From Spirochaetota bacterium (lineage in GTDB: Bacteria; Spirochaetota; Spirochaetia; Treponematales; UBA12059), in assembly GCA_018816345.1 (NCBI GenBank), contig JAHIWG010000166.1:1-64000 (forward strand): a stretch of 64,000 nt of DNA, written 5' to 3'. Position numbers and translations under genes: made by a program. A model generated the notes under the pieces. That model saw only the letters and a list, made by a program, of their open reading frames with translations, did not search any database and was not told the DNA's origin. This document shows positions 11,273 through 18,676 of this stretch, in pieces. The number at the start of each line of letters is the position of its first letter. Within the stretch, counting starts at the first letter, position 1.

Positions 11273-11974
11273 CTACTCCTTGGCCGCCTCGAAGGTCGGG
11301 TAGGGCTTGCCGTCTATCCAGACGCCCTCGCGCAGCTCGCCCTTGAGCGGCGGTATGGCGAGAGTCATGCCGGGGAGTATGAGGTCGGGATTGTTAGGAT
11401 CGGGAAGCGACTTCCTGTTGGCCTTATAGAGCGCCGGCCATCGGTACGGGTCGTTGTAGACGAACGGGAGGCCCGCTATCCTCCAGAGGCAATCGCGCTT
11501 GGCCGACAGCTCGCGCACCACGAAGTAGGCCGGAAGGGCCTCCTCGGCCGTGACGGCCGAGAGGAAGGCTACGACCGTGTACGCGTGCACGGTCGCGTCG
11601 TCGTAGGCTTCGGCGGCGTACGATTCGCGCGCCAGGGCCAGTTCCGCTACGGCGCCCGAGTAATCGTCGGGGAAGCGGATGGCGGCTCGCGCGCTCGTGG
11701 CCCAGTCTAGGCGCGACTGGGCCTCGTCGATCGCGACCCTCGCCTGGCGCATGGCGAGCATCTTCGCGACGTACCTGTCCGAGAGCAGGGCGTTCTCCTG
11801 CGCCTGGGCGGCCAGGTCGGCGGCTAGGTCGTACTCGCCCTCGTCGAACGCGGCGCGGGCGGAGGCCTCCAGCTCGAGGCTCCTCTGATAGTACGAATTC
11901 TCGGAGAGGCTCTGGGCGTGTACGGCGGCGGCGCAGAGCGCTATGGCTACTAATGTCGTTATCGCTTTTTTCAT
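11273..11974 (-). CDS. Secreted coiled-coil protein with C-terminal LysM domain
   Basis: Signal peptide MKKAITTLVAIALCAAAVHA. C-terminal DCLWRIAGLP...DLILPGMTLAIP is LysM-like. Confidence 0.6.
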   Translation of the reverse strand: MKKAITTLVAIALCAAAVHAQSLSENSYYQRSLELEASARAAFDEGEYDLAADLAAQAQENALLSDRYVAKMLAMRQARVAIDEAQSRLDWATSARAAIRFPDDYSGAVAELALARESYAAEAYDDATVHAYTVVAFLSAVTAEEALPAYFVVRELSAKRDCLWRIAGLPFVYNDPYRWPALYKANRKSLPDPNNPDLILPGMTLAIPPLKGELREGVWIDGKPYPTFEAAKE

Positions 11975-11977
11975 GGC

Positions 11978-13108
11978 TTAATCCTCCGCGCTTTCGGAGG
12001 CCGCGGCTTCCGGGTTGTCGCTCGGCCCGAGGTTCTCGTCGCCCTTCCCGGCGATCGCGGCGCTTTCCTCGTTCTTCGCGCTAGCGGCGCGTATGGCCTT
12101 TTCCGCGGCGGCCCTCTTGGCGGCAGCCGTCTCGTAGACCGCCTCGAACAACGCTTGAGCGTTATCGAATAGGGGCGCGGAGGCCTCGTGGTCGCCGGAC
12201 GCGAACACGGCTACCGCCGTATCCCACGCCGACTTGGCCTCGGCATACTCCGTTTTTACCGCTACCTGGGCCTTGATAGCCTCGGCGTCGATCTTGAAGC
12301 GCTCCGCCGACTGCCGCTTGCCGCCGGCCGTCAGTTCCCAGCCCTTGGCGAGCACGAGCCTATAGCGAAGCAGGGCTTCCTCCGAGGCGTCCTGCGCGGC
12401 CTTGGGGTCCGTCCCGAGGAGCGAGTCCACCGCCGCCAGCTTCTCGCCCGCGAGGGCGTAGTTCCCGGAGTCCATGGGGCCGTAGTCCAGCTCGTCGACG
12501 GTTCCCTTGACCGCGACCGCGGCGGAACGCTTGGCGACAGCGTCGAAGGCGGCGATGGCCAGGGCGTACGCGTCGATAGCGGCCTTTACGTCGCCCGACG
12601 CGAGCGCGGCGTCAGCCTTGGCGAGCGCGGCCTCGGCCGTCGCCAAGGCTTCCGCCGACAGGCTCTGCGCGTCGGCGGCTAACGCCCTGTCGCGGGCGGA
12701 CGCCGCGTCGGATTTCCTGGCCTGGGCGACCTTGAGGCCTCCCGCGGCTACGAGGTCGGCGAACAGGGGCTCGGCGGCGCCGAGCTCGGCCTTGGCGGTC
12801 GGCCTATCGTCGGCGTCGAGCGCCGCCTTGCCAGGAACGTACCGGGCCTCGGCGGCCTCGTATTCCTTCGGCATGACGTCCTTGAGCCCGAGCTCGAAGG
12901 CGTCCTTCCTGAGGGCGAGGACGCGGCCGTGCAGCGCCTCCAGGTCTTCCCTCGAAATCTCCGGTTCCTTAGGCGGCTCGGGGGCCGGTTCTACTATCTG
13001 CGGTTCCGGTTCCGGGACGGCCGGCGGCTTCGTGGCGCAGGCCGAGAGCAGTACGGCCGCGGCTAGGCCGAGTATCGATACCCGTCGTATCGTCATGTAT
13101 ACCTCCAT
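11978..13108 (-). CDS. Ala-rich coiled-coil lipoprotein, hypothetical
   Basis: Lipobox LLSACAT after a hydrophobic signal. 4-nt gap to the downstream LysM gene indicates an operon. Confidence 0.5.
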   Translation of the reverse strand: MEVYMTIRRVSILGLAAAVLLSACATKPPAVPEPEPQIVEPAPEPPKEPEISREDLEALHGRVLALRKDAFELGLKDVMPKEYEAAEARYVPGKAALDADDRPTAKAELGAAEPLFADLVAAGGLKVAQARKSDAASARDRALAADAQSLSAEALATAEAALAKADAALASGDVKAAIDAYALAIAAFDAVAKRSAAVAVKGTVDELDYGPMDSGNYALAGEKLAAVDSLLGTDPKAAQDASEEALLRYRLVLAKGWELTAGGKRQSAERFKIDAEAIKAQVAVKTEYAEAKSAWDTAVAVFASGDHEASAPLFDNAQALFEAVYETAAAKRAAAEKAIRAASAKNEESAAIAGKGDENLGPSDNPEAAASESAED

Positions 13109-13261
13109 GCTATTAGATTGCTTAGATCATCCGTTAGGTTCTTCGAGGGAAGTAGCTCCCCGCCATAGACTCGCGGTTCTAGCGGCCGCGTAGAGCCAAA
13201 CGTTTTTTTATCTTCTATTAATAGAATACCATGGTACGGAGGATCGGGCAAACCTCTACGG

Positions 13262-13296
13262 GGAAAAAAAAGGGAGGAGGCTCGCGCCTCCCCCCA
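13262..13296 (-). terminator. Rho-independent terminator downstream of ileS
   Basis: Minus-strand hairpin GGGGAGGCGCGAGCCTCCTCCC (13272-13295) followed by a U8 run (plus-strand A-run 13264-13271). Confidence 0.5.
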
Positions 13297-13332
13297 TCCA
13301 TGGCTATCCGGCTCCCTATCCGGGCCGATTCG

Positions 13333-16300
13333 CTATAAGGACCTCTTCAAGGCCGCTTTCCACGTCTCGTCTCCCGCCTCTATGCCTACCTGGCCGGGAG
13401 CTTCCTCCCAGCGTAGCGCCACGGCGAGGGTCTCCGCCGCGACGAAGGGCCCGAAGGCGTCGAAGGCCCGCTTCAGGGCCTCTCCGCCGTACACGGAGAG
13501 CTCTATGCGGTCGGTTACGGCGAGCCCCGAATCCTTCCTGAGCGTCTGGACCCCGCGCACGAGGTCCCTGGCGTTGCCCTCGTCGAGCAGGGGCTGCGTA
13601 ATCTCGGCGTCGAGGGCTACGGTCAGCGTGCCCTCGTTGACGACGCGGAGACTGGCTTTCTCTATGCGGCGGACCTCGACCTTATCCTTAGTCAGCTCGA
13701 CCTGCTTGCCGGCTACCTCCACGACGAGCGACGAACCCGAAAGAAGGCTGGCGATCTGCTGCGGCTCCAGCTTCTCTACGAGCGCGGCGCCTTCTTTCAT
13801 GTCCTTGCCGAGTTCCTTGCCCAGGACCCTGAAATTCGCCTTGGCCTGATACTCGACGAGCTCCTCCTCGTCCTCGCGGAATATGACTTCCTTGACGTTG
13901 AGCTCGTCGCGGACGATGTCCTCCATCTCCAGGAGGACCGCCCGCTCGCGGGCGTCCTTGGTGACGAGGTGGACGGCGGCCAGGGGCTGGCGGATCTTGA
14001 GATTGTGCTGGTAGCGGAGAGAGCGGCCCATCGTCACGGCCTTGCGTACCGTGTCCATCTTCCATTCAAGGTCCTCGTCGCGATACCGGCCGTCGTATTC
14101 CGGGTACGCGGCTAGGTGGATGCTCTCGGGCGCGTCCTCCCGCGAGCCGTCCCCCCGGAGGTTCGTCCACATGGTCTCGGTGATGAACGGCGTGACCGGG
14201 GCCATGCACAGGGCGAGCCTCCGCAGGACCCTGTACAGGGTCGAGTACGCCTCCATCTTATCGCCGTCGTTCTCGCTCCTCCAGAATCGCCTGCGCGAGC
14301 GGCGTATGTACCAGTTGTTGAGCGCGTCGATGAAGTCGAGCATCGGGCTTATCGCGGCCTGCATATCGTAGCCCTCGAGCCCGGCCCCCACGTTCCCGAC
14401 CATCGTCTCGCACTTGGAGAGGATCCAGCGGTCCATCGGGTTCGCCGCGGAGACGGGCGCCTCCTCGGGCTCGATCTTGTCGATGTTGGCGTAGGTGATG
14501 AAGAATCCGTAGGCGCTCCACAGCGGCAAGAGGATGCTCTTGACGATCTCGCGGACGCCGTCGTCGGTAAAGCACAGGTCGTCCGCCCGCAGCACGGGCG
14601 AGCTCATCAGGTACAGCCTGAGCGCGTCGGCGCCGAATTTATCGATGGCTTCCATCGGGTCCGTGTAGTTGCGCTGCGACTTGGACATCTTCTTGCCGTC
14701 GGCGGCGAGCACCATGCCCGAGACTATGCAGTTCTGGAACGCGGGCCGGTCGAAGAGGGCCGCGGCCAGGACGGTAAGCGAATAGAACCATCCGCGGGTC
14801 TGGTCGAGGCTCTCCGAGATGAAGTCGGCGGGGAAATGCCCCTCGAAGTGCTCCTTGTTCTCGAACGGGTAATGGACCTGCGCGTAGGGCATCGAGCCCG
14901 ACTCGAACCAGCAGTCCAGCACCTCGGGTATGCGGCTCATCGTCGATCCGCACTCGCAGGGCATCGTGACCTCGTCGACGAAATGCTTGTGCAGGTCCGT
15001 CAGCCTCGCGCCGGAACGCTCCTCCAGCTCGGCGCGGGAGCCGACGCAGACGGTCTTGCCGCAGTCCGGGCATTTCCATATGGGCAGAGGGTTGCCCCAA
15101 TAGCGGCTCCGGGATATCGCCCAGTCGCGGGCGCCCTCGAGCCACTTGCCGAACCTGCCGTTCTGTATATGGGCCGGTTCCCAGTGGATCTTCTGGTTGG
15201 CCGCGAGGAATTTCGGCTTTACCGGGTCGATCTTCACGAACCAGCTGCCCACGGCCCTGTAGACCAGCGGGTGCTCGCAGCGCCAGCAGTGAGGGTACGC
15301 GTGGAGTATCTGGTCGCGCCTGGCCAGCTTCCCCTCGGCCTTGAGCCTTTCCATGATGTCCTTGTCGCAGTCCTTTACGAACCTGCCGGCGTAGTCGGCG
15401 ACCTCGGACGTGAACTTGCACTCGGCGTCGATGGGGCAGACCGTGGGCACGCCCGTCCCCTTGAGCACGGCGTGGTCTTCCTCGCCGAAGCCGGGGGCGG
15501 TGTGCACGATGCCGGTACCGTCCTCGGTGGTGACGTGGCCTCCGAGGTACGTGCGGAAGGCGTTCTGGGCGGCTAGCTCGGAGAAGTACGGGAACAGGGG
15601 CTCGTACCCGATGCCGGCCAGCTCAGAGCCCTTCTTGCGCCATAGTACCTCCGGCCGCTCGTCCTCCTTGTAGTACGCGGGGAGGCGCGACTCGGCGAGG
15701 ATGAGGCGCTCTGTCCCGTCCTCGACGAGCACGTAGTCTATATCCGGGCCGAGGCAGAGGGCGAGGTTCGAGGGGAGGGTCCAGGGCGTCGTCGTCCAGG
15801 CCAGCAGGAAGGTCGATCCGTCGGCGAGTCCCTCGAGCCCCTTCGGGGCGGCGCTCACCTTGAACCTGATGGTTATCGCCGGGTCGTGCACGTCCTTGTA
15901 CCCGCCCAGGGCCAGCTCGTGGTTGGAGAGCACCGTGGAGCAGCGGGGGCAATACGGCAGTATATAGTGGCCCTCGTAGACGAGGCCCTTGTCCCAGAGG
16001 CTCTTGACGACCCACCATATCGATTCCATGTAGTCGGGGTCCATCGTCTTGTAGTCGTTATCGAAATCGACCCATCGTCCGGCTCGGGTCATGATGGTGC
16101 GCCATTCCTTGACGTAGCGCAGCACCGACGACCGGCAGGCCTCGTTGAAGTTAGCGACGCCGTAGCGCTCTATATCGGTCTTGGAATCGAGCCCGAGCTC
16201 CTTCTCGATGAGGTTCTCCACCGGTAGCCCGTGGCAATCCCAGCCGAAGCGCCGCTCGACCTTGAAGCCCTTCATGGTCTTATACCGCGGAATGATGTCC

Positions 16301-16494
16301 TTGACCGTCCCGGGAACGAAATGCCCGAAGTGGGGGAGCCCGGTGGCGAAGGGCGGGCCGTCGTAGAAGACGTACTCGGGCGCGCCGTCGCGCTCCGCGA
16401 TCGACCGTTCGAAGACGCTATGCTCTTTCCAGAACGCGAGGACGGCTTCTTCCATCGAAGGGAAACTTGCTTTGGGATCTACAGGCTCGTACAT
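13333..16494 (-). CDS. ileS: Isoleucyl-tRNA synthetase
   Basis: HFGH and KMSKS class-I motifs. 1053 aa from MYEPVDPKASFPS... (ATG at 16494-16492, GGAGGA RBS). The listed ORF start at 16656 is an upstream in-frame extension. Confidence 0.95.
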   Translation of the reverse strand: MYEPVDPKASFPSMEEAVLAFWKEHSVFERSIAERDGAPEYVFYDGPPFATGLPHFGHFVPGTVKDIIPRYKTMKGFKVERRFGWDCHGLPVENLIEKELGLDSKTDIERYGVANFNEACRSSVLRYVKEWRTIMTRAGRWVDFDNDYKTMDPDYMESIWWVVKSLWDKGLVYEGHYILPYCPRCSTVLSNHELALGGYKDVHDPAITIRFKVSAAPKGLEGLADGSTFLLAWTTTPWTLPSNLALCLGPDIDYVLVEDGTERLILAESRLPAYYKEDERPEVLWRKKGSELAGIGYEPLFPYFSELAAQNAFRTYLGGHVTTEDGTGIVHTAPGFGEEDHAVLKGTGVPTVCPIDAECKFTSEVADYAGRFVKDCDKDIMERLKAEGKLARRDQILHAYPHCWRCEHPLVYRAVGSWFVKIDPVKPKFLAANQKIHWEPAHIQNGRFGKWLEGARDWAISRSRYWGNPLPIWKCPDCGKTVCVGSRAELEERSGARLTDLHKHFVDEVTMPCECGSTMSRIPEVLDCWFESGSMPYAQVHYPFENKEHFEGHFPADFISESLDQTRGWFYSLTVLAAALFDRPAFQNCIVSGMVLAADGKKMSKSQRNYTDPMEAIDKFGADALRLYLMSSPVLRADDLCFTDDGVREIVKSILLPLWSAYGFFITYANIDKIEPEEAPVSAANPMDRWILSKCETMVGNVGAGLEGYDMQAAISPMLDFIDALNNWYIRRSRRRFWRSENDGDKMEAYSTLYRVLRRLALCMAPVTPFITETMWTNLRGDGSREDAPESIHLAAYPEYDGRYRDEDLEWKMDTVRKAVTMGRSLRYQHNLKIRQPLAAVHLVTKDARERAVLLEMEDIVRDELNVKEVIFREDEEELVEYQAKANFRVLGKELGKDMKEGAALVEKLEPQQIASLLSGSSLVVEVAGKQVELTKDKVEVRRIEKASLRVVNEGTLTVALDAEITQPLLDEGNARDLVRGVQTLRKDSGLAVTDRIELSVYGGEALKRAFDAFGPFVAAETLAVALRWEEAPGQVGIEAGDETWKAALKRSL

Positions 16495-16528
16495 GGATGC
16501 TCCTCCGGGACGATGTGACGCCAGATTA

Positions 16529-16565
16529 TGCCATAAAGGATGAATGATGCGCCAGCGGGGCGTTA
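16529..16565 (-). promoter_or_regulatory. Candidate ileS promoter (extended -10 TGGCATAAT on minus strand)
   Basis: Minus-strand ...TTTATGGCATAATCTGGCG... about 35 nt upstream of the ileS ATG. No T-box motif found in the leader. Confidence 0.3.
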
Positions 16566-16666
16566 GCGGCGACGCGGCGATACGCTGAAAAAAAAGAAAG
16601 ATATTGCGATAGACGTGAAAAATGAGTTCGCGTGTACTATATTTATTGTGCACCACGCTATACAGA

Positions 16667-16710
16667 GCCGCTCTGACCCATCCTTGTACGGTCAGGGCGG
16701 CGCTTTTTTT
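16667..16710 (+). terminator. Plus-strand intrinsic terminator between divergent ileS and the lipoprotein gene
   Basis: GCCGCTCTGACC-cat ccttgtac-GGTCAGGGCGGC hairpin followed by T7 (16704-16710). No plus-strand gene ends here. Confidence 0.5.
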
Positions 16711-16737
16711 GCATAACGCAATCCCTCATGGTATACT
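16709..16737 (+). promoter_or_regulatory. Sigma-70-type promoter for the 16778 gene
   Basis: TTGCAT (16709-16714), 17-nt spacer, TATACT (16732-16737), about 40 nt upstream of the ATG. Confidence 0.5.
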
Positions 16738-16777
16738 AACGGCTCGCTTTCGAGGCTGCAATAATTAGGAGAAACGC

Positions 16778-18532
16778 ATGATTCGCTCTTCGTCATCTAA
16801 CGCGCTTTCGATGCGCCGTACGGCCGTATTCCTCGGCGTCTCGTTCGCGCTAGCGCTCTCGTTCGCGGCGTGCGGCGGACAGGAAGGCTCGGGAGGGAAG
16901 AGCGGCGCGGCCCGGTCCGGCGGAGGATCCGTCGCGGCCTCCGAATCGGCGGAGTCGAAGGCCCGGTCCGAGGCGCTCGCGAAGGAGGCCGCCGAGGCCG
17001 AGGCCGAGGCGGAGCGAGCGGCGTCCGAGGCGGCGGCCGCCGCCGCCTCGGACGGCTCGGCGCCGCTCACCGAGGAGGAGAAAGCGGCCGAGGCGCAAAA
17101 AGCGGAAGCGAAGCGCGTCGAGGCCCTGGCCGTCCCCTCGCCGGTCCTTAGCGGGCCGGCTCAAGGCGTCTACGCGTCCGGCGTAACCATCAGCGCCTCG
17201 GTCTCCTTGAATGAGGCCCGTCTCGTCTACACGCTCGACGGATCGACTCCCGGGCCGAAGAACGGGAAGCCGTACTCCGGGCCCGTCGCCATAGCCTCGA
17301 GCGCCGTGCTGACGGTGGCGGCCTTCGTCCCGGGAGGCAACGTAAGCCGCCCCGTCTCTCGCGAGATTACTATAGGAGAGGTGTGCGCGGCGGCCGGCGC
17401 CTCCGGGGACGGACGCAGGGGCGCGCCGCTGGGCGATATCGGCGCCGCTATCGATCTAGCCCGGTCCCTGGGGATTCCCATCGTCAAGCTGGCCGTCGGT
17501 TCCCCGTTCGCGGCGTCGCTGGAGATCACGGCCCCGATATCGCTGTCGGGCGGTTGGAAGGCTGATTTTTCTGAGAGGACGGACTCTCCGAGCGTAGTCG
17601 TCGGCCTCGAGTTCGAATCGACGTCTAAGAAGGCGCCCGGGTACGCCTTGCGGGTCTCCGGGGCCAAGGCAGACGCTAACGTTAGGCTGGAACGCGTCGA
17701 ATGGCGAGGAGGAGCCGGATCGTATACGGCCGGGATAGTAGTCGCCGACGGGGCCGCCCCGAGCCTCGCGGATTGCCGAGCCTTCGGCGGGGACGGAAGC
17801 TACGGCTACGGAGCCGTCGTGATGGGAGGCGCCGCGCCCGTATTCCGATCGTGCACGCTTTCCGGTGGCGACGGCGCAACCTCGTACGGGCTGTCGGTCG
17901 ATTCGGCGCGCGCCACGGTGGGCTCGTCGTTCCTGCTCGCCGGGAAGGGCTCCGTAGGCGGGTACGGCCTCTCCGCGACGGACGCGAGGATCAGGGTAGC
18001 GAGCTCGGTCGTAGCGGGGAGCTCCGCCAACGTCAGCTACGGAGCGGCTTTCTATAATTGCAAGGATTCGAGGCTGGAGTCGTGCACCGTCGTGGGCGGC
18101 TCGGGCAAGGAGGCGGCGGGAGTCTTCATCTCGGCCGGCGACCCCGCCATCGAGAACTGCATCATCAGCGCCGGCGGGTCGGTTAAATCCTACGGCATAC
18201 TCGATAATTACGGCGACTCGGCTCCGTCGCGGCTTACGGGCACGGTTTTCCTCGGATGCTCGGGCGGGCTCTATTACGACGCCGATACCAAGATCGCCTA
18301 CACCGCGCTTAGCGCCTCGGGAGGCCTCGTCTCCGCCGACGGCAAGGCGCCGGCCAAGCCGAAGGCCTCCGGGTGCGCTGTCGCCGCCTTCAGCCTCTCG
18401 GCGGACGCGGCGTACAGGACCCCGGCCGAGCACGGCATGCCGGACGGCAAGCGGCTCGAGGGCGACTCGGCGAACGACGTCACGGGTAAGCCCCGAACCG
18501 AACCCTGGACCATCGGGGCCTACGAGCTTTGA
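16778..18532 (+). CDS. Secreted lipoprotein with Ala/Glu-rich coiled-coil segment and right-handed parallel beta-helix repeats
   Basis: Lipobox SFAACGG. EAEAEAERAASEAAAAAA segment. Repeated G/S/A/V-rich 20-25 aa units (GGDGATSYGLSVDSARATVGSS / GKGSVGGYGLSATDARIRVASS / GSSANVSYGAAFYNCKDSRLESC) typical of pectate-lyase-like beta-helices. Confidence 0.6.
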   Translation: MIRSSSSNALSMRRTAVFLGVSFALALSFAACGGQEGSGGKSGAARSGGGSVAASESAESKARSEALAKEAAEAEAEAERAASEAAAAAASDGSAPLTEEEKAAEAQKAEAKRVEALAVPSPVLSGPAQGVYASGVTISASVSLNEARLVYTLDGSTPGPKNGKPYSGPVAIASSAVLTVAAFVPGGNVSRPVSREITIGEVCAAAGASGDGRRGAPLGDIGAAIDLARSLGIPIVKLAVGSPFAASLEITAPISLSGGWKADFSERTDSPSVVVGLEFESTSKKAPGYALRVSGAKADANVRLERVEWRGGAGSYTAGIVVADGAAPSLADCRAFGGDGSYGYGAVVMGGAAPVFRSCTLSGGDGATSYGLSVDSARATVGSSFLLAGKGSVGGYGLSATDARIRVASSVVAGSSANVSYGAAFYNCKDSRLESCTVVGGSGKEAAGVFISAGDPAIENCIISAGGSVKSYGILDNYGDSAPSRLTGTVFLGCSGGLYYDADTKIAYTALSASGGLVSADGKAPAKPKASGCAVAAFSLSADAAYRTPAEHGMPDGKRLEGDSANDVTGKPRTEPWTIGAYEL

Positions 18533-18676
18533 CCCGCGCGATCCCGCGACGGGTCGAACTACGGGAAGCGATCGCGGCCTACCGGCCCGCGTAGTACGCT
18601 CGCCCCGTAGTTGACCCGCGCGATCCCGCGACGGGTTGAACTACGGGAAGCGATCGCGGCCTACCGGCCGCGATCG
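18531..18676. repeat. Two direct copies of a 57-bp element (18531-18587; 18613-18669, 1 mismatch) with embedded palindromes
   Basis: Copy 2 runs into a perfect 12-bp/4-nt-loop hairpin GCGATCGCGGCC-tacc-GGCCGCGATCGC (18649-18676) followed by tatttctcc. Copy 1 carries a degenerate version. Lies exactly between the stops of convergent genes. Confidence 0.65.

Noticed and set aside
14116-15576. 486-aa plus-strand ORF
   Set aside because: Lies antisense inside ileS, which has unambiguous class-I synthetase motifs. Long antisense ORFs are expected at this GC content.
16495-16777. T-box riboswitch leader for ileS
   Set aside because: No T-box consensus (AATTAGGGTGGNACCGCG-like) or specifier/antiterminator architecture found on the minus strand.
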